Assembly: GCA_902798545.1 (NCBI GenBank)
Contig: CADBWQ010000003.1
Span: 191,540 to 255,539, forward strand
Length of the DNA: 64,000 nt
DNA from: Oscillospiraceae bacterium
Lineage (GTDB): Bacteria > Bacillota > Clostridia > Oscillospirales > Oscillospiraceae
Reading direction: 5' to 3'
Position numbers and translations under genes: made by a program. Below the pieces are notes generated by a model. That model was given only the letters and a program-made list of their open reading frames with translations. It was not told the origin of the DNA and searched no databases. Shown here one piece after another: positions 40,741 through 50,061 of this stretch (positions within the stretch are counted from its first letter, which is position 1; each line of letters opens with the position of its first letter).

Positions 40741-40770
40741 TTATATTCTCATGCTATACTGCACACAACA
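40741..40770 (+). promoter_or_regulatory. Promoter TTGCAC-18-TATACT (TG-extended) for the LOG-family gene.
   Basis: TTGCAC at 40741-40746 and TGCTATACT ending at 40770. Confidence 0.5.
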
Positions 40771-40790
40771 GCAGGAAAGGTGGATAGCGC

Positions 40791-41372
40791 GTGAATATTT
40801 GTATTTTTGGTGCTTCTTCCAGCAGATTGGATCAGATCTTTTATCAGGAATCTGAAAAAACGGGGCGTCTGATTGCCGAAGCAGGACACTGTGTTGTTTT
40901 TGGCGGAGGTTCCGACGGTCTGATGGGAGCCTGTGCGCGCGGCGCCAAAGCCGCAGGCGGCCGCATTATCGGTATAGCGCCAAAAATCTTCGATGAGCCC
41001 GGAATCCTTCTCCAGGACTGTGATGAGCTGATCCTTACAGACTCACTGTCCGCGCGTAAGGAGAAGATGTTTTCTATGAGCAATTCTTTTCTTGCTCTCC
41101 CCGGTGGAATCGGTACGATGGATGAGTTTTTTGAAGCGATCACCCTGCGGCAGCTGGGGCTGCTGCAGGGCCCGCTCGTTCTGCTGAACACGCGGGGTTT
41201 TTATTCCCCTCTCGTCGCTTTTCTGGAAAACATGGCTGAACAGGGCTTTCTGAGTCATAACTGTCTCTCACTGCTCCGGGTATGTGATACTCCGGCTCAG
41301 GCACTTAAGGCTCTGCTTCTCCCGGATCATCTTGCCGGCAGCATTCGTCGTCTGGAGGATTACACCAGATAA
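40791..41372 (+). CDS. LOG-family (TIGR00730) nucleotide 5'-monophosphate nucleosidase.
   Basis: GGGSDGLMGA and PGGIGTMDEFFE motifs. GTG start follows AGGAAAGGTGG. Confidence 0.88.
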   Translation: MNICIFGASSSRLDQIFYQESEKTGRLIAEAGHCVVFGGGSDGLMGACARGAKAAGGRIIGIAPKIFDEPGILLQDCDELILTDSLSARKEKMFSMSNSFLALPGGIGTMDEFFEAITLRQLGLLQGPLVLLNTRGFYSPLVAFLENMAEQGFLSHNCLSLLRVCDTPAQALKALLLPDHLAGSIRRLEDYTR

Positions 41373-41412
41373 TCTGCCGTCGCCATGCCCGGCGGACCGT
41401 CTTTTTGTCTGA

Positions 41413-41455
41413 TACTCTCTCTGCTTGCGCAGAGGGAGTACGATTTTATTTTTGC
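41413..41455 (+). terminator. Intrinsic terminator after the LOG gene (overlaps the 3' end of the convergent GH3 gene).
   Basis: TACTCTCTCTGC-TTGC-GCAGAGGGAGTA (12 bp, one G-U pair) followed by CGATTTTATTTTTG. Confidence 0.7.
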
Positions 41456-43875
41456 CGGAGTTCGCGTATCTTCCGTATTACCCGGCTGACATTCTTTCGA
41501 AGCTGGATCTCTGTCAAAGTCCCGCGTTTCAACGCTTTGCGGATATCTTCCGCATCTTTTCTGCTTCCCGGCATAAACAGATCTCCGCCGGCAGCAGCAA
41601 CACGTCCTGCGTCAGCAACAGGATACCGGCTTCTCTTGTTGGTAACCCCCGTCACCACCCAGTCGGTCATGACAATGCCTTTGCAGCCGAATTCGCAGTG
41701 CAGGATATCCCAGATCAGTCCCGAAAGCTCCGAAGTATGCGTTCCGTTCAGAAGGTTATAGGAGGTCATCAGTGCGTGAGGCTGCGCCTCTCGAATGCAC
41801 AGTTCAAAGCCCTTCAGGTAGATTTCGCGCATCGCGCGTTCACTGACCATGCTGTTGTTGTTATAGCGGTTATACTCCTGATTATTTGCCGCAAAGTGTT
41901 TGATTGTGGTGCCCTTTCCGGGATGAGCCTGCACCCCCTGCGTGATGGCAGCAGCAAAGAGGCCGCTCACCAGCGGGTCTTCAGAGAAGTACTCGAAGTT
42001 TCTCCCGCATCGGATACTGCGGTGGATGTTGAGTGCAGGCGCCAGCCACAGGTCCACATTCATCCTCTCCATCTCATCCCCGACGATATCTCCGCACATT
42101 CTGGCAAAATCTGTATTCCAGCTCTGCGCGATAGCAGTTCCGATCGGGATCGCGGTCGCATACTGATGCAGCACGTCGCCGTCGGTTTTCTGCTTTTTTC
42201 CAAGTCTGCCAATCAGCCATTGTGCAGGCTTTGGCAGGAAGTCTTCCATTGATTCAAGAGAAGATTGTCCAACGCTGACCGGGCCCTCTTCTCCCATGAT
42301 GTAATCTTTGCTCAGGCGCAGACCCGCAGGTCCGTCTGCCATTACAAGCGGACGAAGCCCAAACCGTTCCGATTCTTTGCAGGTCTCACCTGCCGCACCT
42401 GCGACAGCAAACCCCGCGCTGCCTACGACGGCGGCAAAGCGGTTCCTCGGATTGTACGCGCCCAGTTCCATTTGAACAAGCTGTTCCGTGCTCATCTGCT
42501 TTACCGCATCATCGATCACAGTGTCATCTGTATAGTCAACGATCTCTGTCGGAATTTTCTTTGGATCGACAGTCAGAATCGGAACATCAGGCGCAAACAG
42601 ATCGATTCTCTCCAGTGTCGGTTTCCAGTCTGTAAAATCCGTTACCCCGCAGACGTTTTTTACCTTTCGAACAGCAACTTCTTCATCCAGACGGAGTCGT
42701 ACGACCGGCTTTGTTTCTGCAGAGCTTGTACCGAGGCGCAGGAAGTAGTCTCCCTTTTCGAGCACCCAGCTCTCCCGCCTGCTGTCATAGGATGCCAGAT
42801 CTGAGAAACGGAAAGACATGGAGACCGTCTCCTCATCCTCCGGTTGGAGTTCTCCGCTCTTCGAAAACGCTATCAGGCTTTGGAAAGGCTGGTCCAGCAT
42901 AACTTCCGGTTTGGATACGTAGACCTGAACGGTTTCTTTCCCCTTCACAGTCCCTGTGTTTTTCACTTTTGCAGATACTGTGACAATATCCCCGCTGAGA
43001 TCAGTCTTCTCCTCGCTGATTTCAAAATCCGTATAAGACAGGCCAAAACCGAAGGGAAACGTCGGTATCACACCGGCAGAGTCGAAGTACCGATACCCGA
43101 CATAGATTCCCTCTTTATAACGGGTCTCGTCCATATCACCAAATTCCCCGATCGCCGGATAATCCGCAAATGCCGCCCAGGTCGTCGCCAGTTTTCCGGA
43201 TGGAGTTGCTTTTCCCAATATAATGTCTGCCAGTACTGAACCGGTCTCCACACCGAGCTGGGAAAGGAGCAGAATGTTCCCGACATCGTCCACCACCGGA
43301 GAAAGATCAATCGGGCCGCCGACGTTCAGCACCAGTATAAACTTCTGATACTGTTTCTGCAGTTGCAGAACATCCCGGATCTCCGTCTGAGTCAGAGCAA
43401 TGTCCCCCGGGATATTCTCACGGTCGTTGCCTTCCCCGGAACTACGTGAAAGAACATAAACGGCAACATCTCCTGCTCCATCCAATGGCAGCTCATACTC
43501 AGGCTCCGGCATAACCGCTCCCATTCCTTCTATGATTGCATTTGTGTGATTGCGATGGGCGCGTGCTTTGATCTCTTTGATAAAGCTCTTTTTCGCCTGG
43601 GCCCGGACCGTGTCGTATGCATCAAGCCAGTTTTTCGTAGTGATATGGAACCCTGCTTCTTCCAGGCCTTGTTCTGCATTGATAAAATAACGTGAATTAA
43701 CCTCACCTGACCCGGTACCGCCCTTCACGGTCCGGCGGCCACCACTTCCGTAAAGCGCCAGGTCTCCGGCTTCTCCCAAAGGGAAACTGCCGTCCGTCTT
43801 CAAAAGGACAGTACACTCTGCAAGCGCTCCCCGGAGCTGTTCAATATGCTCACGTTCATAACCCAGAAGTTCCAT
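41446..43875 (-). CDS. Glycoside hydrolase family 3 beta-glucosidase-like enzyme with permuted domain order.
   Basis: KHFAANNQEYNRY and the nucleophile motif GIVMTDW lie in the C-terminal third. The alpha/beta-sandwich and Fn3-like segments (VLNVGGPIDL, FPFGFGLSYTDFE, VKNTGTVKGKETVQVYV) lie N-terminal. No signal peptide. Confidence 0.9.
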   Translation of the reverse strand: MELLGYEREHIEQLRGALAECTVLLKTDGSFPLGEAGDLALYGSGGRRTVKGGTGSGEVNSRYFINAEQGLEEAGFHITTKNWLDAYDTVRAQAKKSFIKEIKARAHRNHTNAIIEGMGAVMPEPEYELPLDGAGDVAVYVLSRSSGEGNDRENIPGDIALTQTEIRDVLQLQKQYQKFILVLNVGGPIDLSPVVDDVGNILLLSQLGVETGSVLADIILGKATPSGKLATTWAAFADYPAIGEFGDMDETRYKEGIYVGYRYFDSAGVIPTFPFGFGLSYTDFEISEEKTDLSGDIVTVSAKVKNTGTVKGKETVQVYVSKPEVMLDQPFQSLIAFSKSGELQPEDEETVSMSFRFSDLASYDSRRESWVLEKGDYFLRLGTSSAETKPVVRLRLDEEVAVRKVKNVCGVTDFTDWKPTLERIDLFAPDVPILTVDPKKIPTEIVDYTDDTVIDDAVKQMSTEQLVQMELGAYNPRNRFAAVVGSAGFAVAGAAGETCKESERFGLRPLVMADGPAGLRLSKDYIMGEEGPVSVGQSSLESMEDFLPKPAQWLIGRLGKKQKTDGDVLHQYATAIPIGTAIAQSWNTDFARMCGDIVGDEMERMNVDLWLAPALNIHRSIRCGRNFEYFSEDPLVSGLFAAAITQGVQAHPGKGTTIKHFAANNQEYNRYNNNSMVSERAMREIYLKGFELCIREAQPHALMTSYNLLNGTHTSELSGLIWDILHCEFGCKGIVMTDWVVTGVTNKRSRYPVADAGRVAAAGGDLFMPGSRKDAEDIRKALKRGTLTEIQLRKNVSRVIRKIRELRQK

Positions 43876-44106
43876 AGTATCATTTCCTTCCCCATCATCC
43901 GTATTGGTTTTTCAAGCTGCGGCATACGATCCATTCTGTCGTTCTGCCGGAGGCACACTGTACCAGTTCTGATGATTCACGTGCGTCTATTATACGCAAA
44001 GTTTTTGTGTTCGTCCATTCCTTTTTTGTGCTCTTTTCATCTTGCGTTTTCTCTCTGACTCGCATATAATCCTTCTGCAAATTAACATGAAGAGGCTTTT
44101 ATCTAT

Positions 44107-45417
44107 ATGAATCATTTTATGGATCATCTTCTCCTGGAATGCAGACGATACACGATTTACCTCAAGGCATTGGGGAAATGGGTTCTGGTCTCCGGGATCG
44201 TGGGTGTTCTATGCGGCGCTCTCGGTACAGCATTTCATCTTGGCGTTGACATGGCCACTCAATTTCGTCTTGGCCATCCCTGGCTGATCTGGTTTTTGCC
44301 TGTGGCCGGAATCCTCATCGTAGCAATCTATGCTTTTTTCTCCGTTGAGGGCCAGAGTACCAACAACATCATCAGCGAGGTTCAGTCCGGGAATGGTCTG
44401 AAGCTCAATCTCATTCCTTCGATCTTTTTATCCACATTGTTAACTCACCTTTGCGGGGGGTCAGCGGGACGTGAAGGTGCCGCTCTGCAAATGGGCGGGA
44501 CCATTGGATATGAAGCCGGCAAACTTCTTCACCTTGATGACAGGGATTTGCGCACTGCAACGCTCGCAGGGATGGCAGCTTTTTTTTCCGCTCTTTTCGG
44601 GACTCCATTGGCTGCAACCGTTTTCGCCATGGCAGTAATCAGTGTCGGTCTTCTGTATCATGCTGCCTTGCTCCCCTGTCTTCTGGCATCTTTGGCCGCT
44701 TATGGCATTTCCTCCCTCTTTGGGCTCAGTCCAACCCATTTCAAGGTGATTGCGCCACCCTTGCAGCTTCTGATGGTGCTGAAAGTAGCAGTTCTTGCCG
44801 CACTCAGCGGTTTTGTCTCCTTCCTCTTCTGTAACATTCTTCACTGGATGGAACACATTATGCAGAAGCATTTCCCGAACCCGTATCTTCGGATTCTCGC
44901 CGGTTCCGCAGTCCTCATCGTTCTCTCGCTGCTCTTCTCCTCCGGTGATTATAACGGAGCCGGTTCTTCGGTGATTCACCAGGCCGTCGAGCTGGGGCAG
45001 GCTGATCCCTTGGCATTTCTGCTGAAGATTCTCTTCACCGCTGTTACTCTCTCTGCCGGATTCAAAGGCGGTGAAGTTGTTCCGAGCTTCTTTATCGGTG
45101 CCTGTTTCGGCTGCGCTGCCGGTCCCCTGCTTGGCCTTCCCGCAGGCTTTGCAGCTGCGATAGGTCTGATCTGTGTCTTCTGCGGCGGAGTCAACTGCCC
45201 TATCGCCTCCACTTTTCTTGCGATAGAACTGTTCGGCGCGGAGGGCTTGCTGTATTACGCCCTGGCATGTGCACTGAGCTATCTGCTCTCCGGTTACACC
45301 GGCCTCTATTCCAGCCAGCGGATTATCTATGACAAACTCAAAGCTCAGTATATTGACGTCCATACAAATGCCTACCACGAAGGGGAACACACCCCGATGG
45401 AACTTAAATATCATTGA
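44107..45417 (+). CDS. Voltage-gated chloride channel (ClC) family protein.
   Basis: GGSAGREGAALQMGG, GFKGGEVVPSFFIGA and GVNCPIAS selectivity-filter-like segments. About 10-11 TM helices. Confidence 0.9.
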   Translation: MNHFMDHLLLECRRYTIYLKALGKWVLVSGIVGVLCGALGTAFHLGVDMATQFRLGHPWLIWFLPVAGILIVAIYAFFSVEGQSTNNIISEVQSGNGLKLNLIPSIFLSTLLTHLCGGSAGREGAALQMGGTIGYEAGKLLHLDDRDLRTATLAGMAAFFSALFGTPLAATVFAMAVISVGLLYHAALLPCLLASLAAYGISSLFGLSPTHFKVIAPPLQLLMVLKVAVLAALSGFVSFLFCNILHWMEHIMQKHFPNPYLRILAGSAVLIVLSLLFSSGDYNGAGSSVIHQAVELGQADPLAFLLKILFTAVTLSAGFKGGEVVPSFFIGACFGCAAGPLLGLPAGFAAAIGLICVFCGGVNCPIASTFLAIELFGAEGLLYYALACALSYLLSGYTGLYSSQRIIYDKLKAQYIDVHTNAYHEGEHTPMELKYH

Positions 45418-45455
45418 GATTTTTCCTTCTGCCGGGCGGAGAGCAGGTTGAACAG

Positions 45456-45512
45456 CAAAAATGGCACTGGATGCTGGTGTTCCACATCCAAGTGCCATTT
45501 TTGTTTTGTTTT
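45456..45512. terminator. Bidirectional terminator between the ClC gene and the convergent 45576-46559 gene.
   Basis: AAAAATGGCACTGGATG...CATCCAAGTGCCATTTTT (one bulge) followed by TTGTTTTGTTTTG. Confidence 0.7.
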
Positions 45513-45575
45513 GAAAATCTTCGATGCACACTGTTTTGTTCAGTGCGCGGTTAATTGTTGCAAGGGAACAGCAGA

Positions 45576-46559
45576 TCAGGCAAGATAGCCCCATCCATAC
45601 ACATCGTTATAGATCTCCACAAGCTGATCGTCGCTGAAATTGAAATAATCCTCCCACATATCATAATCAACGCCGCCACTTGTGGTATCGGTGGACGCGT
45701 CATAGGCCTCCCAGCTTCCGTCCGGTCTTTGTTCAACGTAAGAACCGTCCCCGTTATAGTAACTGTAGGAGCCGTCATTGGACTGATATGAGAAACTGCC
45801 GTTCAGATAATCTGTATAGCTGGAACCATCCCAGTAATAGGTTGTATAAGAACCGTCCGGATAATACACGTCATACTCCAGGTTGCCATTCTCATCATAA
45901 CCATAACCGCCAAACGTACCATAGCTGTAGTAAACCGGCGTATGGTTCGTAAATGTCTGTGTCTGGCTCTGCTGCTGAACCGGCTGCTGTGTCTGTTGTC
46001 TGGCAGCTACATACATATAAGCCGTGTTGGTACGCGCCGTCTGTCCATTGTTATAGAACGTGCAGTATACTCCCCACCCGCTCATATCCATGCTCAGGTT
46101 TCCGACTGTCAGCGTTGTAGATTCTGCACCGCCCACGCTGCAGTACGGGAACGTGTTCTGGAAGCTTTGCACGGAGAACTCACCGCCCTGCGGAGAGATG
46201 AAAGTCCAGGACAGAGACGTGTAACCGGAAGCACCGGAAACAAACCACGCTGTCTCACCTGCGCTCCGGCTCTCATTGGTGGGGCTTTTCGTGATCGTCA
46301 TAAAATTGGTTGAGACAGGAGCCGGTATGGGAGTCGGTACGGGTGACTGAGCTTCAGCAGGGGCGTTTGCCTGCTGTGTCTTCTCCGGAGGCTGTCTGGT
46401 GCCCTTGAACACTGCATAGCAGTCCGCCAGTCTTGCTTCGCTGACTTCTGCTGCGGGAATCCAGTCAAAGTTCGTGCTGCTCTTGACCATATCTGCGCCG
46501 CTTGCAGAACCGGCGGTGTTATACTTTTCACCGGAGATGATCATCCCGCTGTTATCCAT
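45576..46559 (-). CDS. Hypothetical protein with an N-terminal unknown domain, a Pro/Ala linker, an Ig-like beta-sandwich segment, a Gln-rich linker and C-terminal Tyr/Gly/Asp/Ser-rich short repeats. No signal peptide or TM span.
   Basis: ORF 45576-46565 starts at TTG, with the first ATG at 46559. It begins 5-11 nt after the tcdA stop and has no clear SD. Repeats such as YYPDGSYTTYYWDGSSYTDYLNGSFSYQSNDGSYSYYNGDGSYVEQRPDGSWEAYD. Confidence 0.6.
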   Translation of the reverse strand: MDNSGMIISGEKYNTAGSASGADMVKSSTNFDWIPAAEVSEARLADCYAVFKGTRQPPEKTQQANAPAEAQSPVPTPIPAPVSTNFMTITKSPTNESRSAGETAWFVSGASGYTSLSWTFISPQGGEFSVQSFQNTFPYCSVGGAESTTLTVGNLSMDMSGWGVYCTFYNNGQTARTNTAYMYVAARQQTQQPVQQQSQTQTFTNHTPVYYSYGTFGGYGYDENGNLEYDVYYPDGSYTTYYWDGSSYTDYLNGSFSYQSNDGSYSYYNGDGSYVEQRPDGSWEAYDASTDTTSGGVDYDMWEDYFNFSDDQLVEIYNDVYGWGYLA

Positions 46560-46570
46560 ATACAATTACT

Positions 46571-47341
46571 TTATGAACCGCAGCCTGTTCGATATGATTC
46601 TGTTAGATCGTTGACGACAGTTGATGCAAGCAGAAGCCCGGCTGCTGCAGGGACAAATGCCGTGGAACCCGGTGTTGCGCGTCTTTTGCCATTCTGTGGC
46701 TCTTCCGTTCCTGCGTTTTCCTCGCACTCCGTCTCTGGTTCCATGGTTTTCGGGATCAGCGGTTTCTCTCTGGAATAAACGACCTTCAACCGATGAATTC
46801 CTCGTTTTCTGGCCTCTTTGCGCATAATCCTTGCAAGCGGGCACTCCGAGGTCTCATAGAGGTCCGCAACCTCCAGAAGCTCCGGATGGATCTTGTTTCC
46901 GGTACCCATTGCCGAAATGATCGGGATACTATTCTTCTGTGCTGTCTCTGCCAGCAGGAGTTTGGCTGTTACGGTATCTACCGCGTCAACCACATAGTCA
47001 TAATCCCGAAAGTTGAAAGCTCCTGCTGTCTCCGGAAGGAAGAATGTCCGATACGTTCTTACACAGCAGTCCGGATTGATATCACGGATGCGTTCTTCTG
47101 CGGCGTCAACCTTGTAGCACCCCAGCGTGCTGCGTACTGCAATGATCTGCCGATTCAGATTTGAAAGACTGACCCTGTCATGATCAATCAGGTCCAGCGC
47201 TCCGATGCCGGAGCGTGTCAGCGCTTCCACCACGTAGCCGCCGACACCGCCGACGCCGAACACCGCAACGCGTGCACGCTTCAGCCGCTCTATGGCCTCG
47301 TCCCCGTAGAGGCGTGCCATCCTTGAAAAAGCTCCCTGCAT
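46571..47341 (-). CDS. tcdA: tRNA threonylcarbamoyladenosine dehydratase TcdA (ThiF/MoeB-like, ct6A synthesis).
   Basis: RARVAVFGVGGVGGYVVEALTRSGIGALDLIDHDRVSLSNLNRQ. Confidence 0.88.
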   Translation of the reverse strand: MQGAFSRMARLYGDEAIERLKRARVAVFGVGGVGGYVVEALTRSGIGALDLIDHDRVSLSNLNRQIIAVRSTLGCYKVDAAEERIRDINPDCCVRTYRTFFLPETAGAFNFRDYDYVVDAVDTVTAKLLLAETAQKNSIPIISAMGTGNKIHPELLEVADLYETSECPLARIMRKEARKRGIHRLKVVYSREKPLIPKTMEPETECEENAGTEEPQNGKRRATPGSTAFVPAAAGLLLASTVVNDLTESYRTGCGS

Positions 47342-47344
47342 GAT

Positions 47345-48829
47345 TCAGCGCAGCTTTTCCAGGGCAATTCTCAGTCTGCGCAGCGTCTCCTCTCTCCCCA
47401 GGATGCGGCAGATCTCTACTGCGCCGCCCGGTGTTACAGCTTTTCCGGCGACGCCGATACGCACCGGCCACATAACTTTTGCGTTTTTGACTTCCCACCG
47501 CTCTGCAAGACCGGTCATGGCGTTAAGTATGTTCTCATCTGTCCATTCAGGCAGAGTCTCAAACGTGGGGATTATGTTCTCCAGTACTGCACGGGAGCTT
47601 TCGAGATCCGACTTTGATTTTTTGTGCACGAAAAGTTCAGTCTCATATTCCGGCAGCGTATCGAAAAAGCCCAGTTTCTCAGGAATTTCAGTGAGGATCT
47701 CTGTCCGCTGCTGCAGAAGTGCGGCGATGTCTGCCGCATTATAGGCCTCATTCTTTACTGCCTGACGAATATACGGCTCTGCCACACGGGCAAAAGCCTC
47801 CGGTGTCATGGCGCGAATATAGGCCGCGTTAAAATAACGTAGTTTTTCGATATCGAAGATCGCAGGAGACTTTGATATTCCGGAGATTTCAAAAATATCC
47901 TTCAGCTCATCGAGGCTGAAAATCTCCTGTTCACCACCGGGACTCCAGCCGAGAAGCGCTACATAGTTGATCACGGCATCGGTCAGATATCCCTGGGCAA
48001 TCAGGTCCTCATAGGAAGGGTCTCCGTGCCGCTTGGACATTTTGTTGTGCTGATCGCGCATCACCGGTGAGCAGTGGACGTACTTCGGGATTTCCCAACC
48101 AAAGCCCTCATAAAGCAGATTGTACTTCGGTGCGGAGGAGAGATACTCGCTGCCGCGTACAACATGGGTGATACCCATAAGATGGTCGTCGATGACATTG
48201 GCGAAATTATAGGTGGGCAGGCCATCCCGCTTCATCAGGACCTGGTCGTCCAGTGTGTTGTTTTCCACGCGGATATCTCCGAAGATCTCATCGTGGAAAA
48301 CCGTCTCCCCTTCATGGGGAATCCGTTGACGGACAACAAACGGTTCCCCTGCATCTGCCCGGCGATCCGCCTCAGCCGGATCCAGACTCCGGCATGGATC
48401 TTCGGCGCGATTGAATTCGCCGCTGTCTTCCTCACTCTCCGCTTTTTCGCAGAAGCAACGGTAGGCATGCCCGCGGGAAATCAGGAGCTCAGCATACTTG
48501 CCGTAAAACGGTCTGCGTTCGGTCTGTATATATGGCGCCACCGGTCCACCGACATCTGGCCCCTCATCGTGGTCCAGACCGCACTCCTTCATTGTCTTAT
48601 AAATGACATCGACCGCACCTTCTACAAGGCGTCCCTGATCAGTGTCTTCAATACGCAGGATAAAAGTTCCTTCGGAATGCCTGGCAATCAGCCAGGTATA
48701 CAGTGCTGTTCTCAGATTTCCGACATGCATGTAGCCGGTGGGTGACGGTGCAAATCTCGTACGCACCTTTCCCCTTGGGATCCGGGTTTCCATCTCCTCA
48801 AACCAGCTGAGATCAATCTTCTCAGGCAT
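47345..48829 (-). CDS. gltX: Glutamate--tRNA ligase.
   Basis: VRTRFAPSPTGYMHVGNLRTALY (HIGH region) and KMSKRHG (KMSKS). Confidence 0.96.
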   Translation of the reverse strand: MPEKIDLSWFEEMETRIPRGKVRTRFAPSPTGYMHVGNLRTALYTWLIARHSEGTFILRIEDTDQGRLVEGAVDVIYKTMKECGLDHDEGPDVGGPVAPYIQTERRPFYGKYAELLISRGHAYRCFCEKAESEEDSGEFNRAEDPCRSLDPAEADRRADAGEPFVVRQRIPHEGETVFHDEIFGDIRVENNTLDDQVLMKRDGLPTYNFANVIDDHLMGITHVVRGSEYLSSAPKYNLLYEGFGWEIPKYVHCSPVMRDQHNKMSKRHGDPSYEDLIAQGYLTDAVINYVALLGWSPGGEQEIFSLDELKDIFEISGISKSPAIFDIEKLRYFNAAYIRAMTPEAFARVAEPYIRQAVKNEAYNAADIAALLQQRTEILTEIPEKLGFFDTLPEYETELFVHKKSKSDLESSRAVLENIIPTFETLPEWTDENILNAMTGLAERWEVKNAKVMWPVRIGVAGKAVTPGGAVEICRILGREETLRRLRIALEKLR

Positions 48830-48884
48830 ATCCTCTTCCTCCTGTTGTTTTAGGATTTCTTTATAATATTTTACATTTTTCCTG

Positions 48885-48913
48885 TTGTCAAGCAGAACTT
48901 ATTCTGCTACAAT
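48885..48913 (+). promoter_or_regulatory. Promoter TTGTCA-17-TACAAT for trpS.
   Basis: TTGTCA at 48885-48890 and TACAAT at 48908-48913, with a 17-nt spacer. Confidence 0.6.
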
Positions 48914-48983
48914 AAATTGATTGTCCATATGTCGTATTGCATGGGCAGATTGTACTATAGATATTGAAATGGAGAGACCTTGA

Positions 48984-50003
48984 ATGGATCAGCAGACTGA
49001 AAGCAGAAAAAAAGTGATGTTGTCCGGCATCCAGCCCTCCGGCGACCTTCATCTCGGCAACTATCTCGGCGCAGTTAAGAACTGGGCTGAAATCGCAGAT
49101 GAATTTGACTGCTACTATTTTATGGCCGACCTGCACAGCATCACGGTCCGGCAAACCCCCGCAGAGCTTCGGCGGCGGTCGGTCTCTCAACTGGCGCAGT
49201 ATATTGCCTGTGGACTTGACCCTCAGAAAAACACGCTGTTCATTCAAAGCCATGTTCACGAGCATGCGGAGCTTGGTTGGATTCTCAACTGCTACACCAT
49301 GTTCGGTGAACTGAGCCGCATGACCCAGTTCAAGGACAAAAGTGCCAAGAATGCCGAAAACATCAACGGTGGTCTCTTTACCTATCCTTCTCTGATGGCC
49401 GCAGACATTCTTCTGTATCAGGCAGATTTTGTCCCTGTGGGGCAGGACCAGAAGCAGCATTGTGAGCTCACTCGCGATATTGCCATTCGCTTCAACAATA
49501 TATACGGCCCGACTTTTACTGTGCCGGAGCCTTATATTCCAAAAGTTGGCGCACGGATCATGAGTCTTTCCGTCCCCACCTCAAAAATGTCGAAGTCTGA
49601 CCCCTCCGGGTGTGTTTTCATTATGGATTCACCAGAGGAGATCGCCCGGAAGTTCAAGCGTGCCGTCACAGATTCCGACACAGAAAACTGTGTCCGCTAT
49701 GATCCTGAGAACAAGCCCGGTGTTGCAAATCTCATGAACATCTATTCCGCTGTAACCGGTCTGAGCTTTGAGCAGATCGAGCGTGATTTTTCCGGAAAGG
49801 GCTACGGCGTATTCAAGCCGGCCGTCGGAGACGCCGTGATCGAGACTCTGCGGCCCATCCGTGAGGAAAGCGAGAAGATGATCGCTGAGAAGGATTATCT
49901 CCGCTCCGTCTACACCGAGGGTGCGCAGCGTGCGACAGCTGTCGCGCGCAAGACTCTCCGCAAGGTATACAAACGTGTCGGCTTTGTAGAGAAACCTTTC
50001 TGA
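48984..50003 (+). CDS. trpS: Tryptophan--tRNA ligase.
   Basis: LSGIQPSGDLHLGNYLGA and KMSKSD motifs. GGAGAG SD is present. Confidence 0.96.
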   Translation: MDQQTESRKKVMLSGIQPSGDLHLGNYLGAVKNWAEIADEFDCYYFMADLHSITVRQTPAELRRRSVSQLAQYIACGLDPQKNTLFIQSHVHEHAELGWILNCYTMFGELSRMTQFKDKSAKNAENINGGLFTYPSLMAADILLYQADFVPVGQDQKQHCELTRDIAIRFNNIYGPTFTVPEPYIPKVGARIMSLSVPTSKMSKSDPSGCVFIMDSPEEIARKFKRAVTDSDTENCVRYDPENKPGVANLMNIYSAVTGLSFEQIERDFSGKGYGVFKPAVGDAVIETLRPIREESEKMIAEKDYLRSVYTEGAQRATAVARKTLRKVYKRVGFVEKPF

Positions 50004-50061
50004 GCAGGACTTTGTCCTTTGCCCCGGTCACCGGGCGATTTCATTAACTGGAGTCGTAATT

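Noticed and set aside
43895-44080. 61-aa minus-strand ORF in the GH3/ClC intergenic region.
   Set aside because: It has no SD. It overlaps the likely GH3 promoter (TATAAT near 43991-43996 on the minus strand) and the 5' UTR. Its composition is unremarkable.
48830-48983. Possible T-box leaders for trpS or gltX.
   Set aside because: The whole divergent region is only 154 nt. The trpS leader after the TTGTCA-17-TACAAT promoter is about 65 nt. I found no T-box sequence or specifier/antiterminator architecture.
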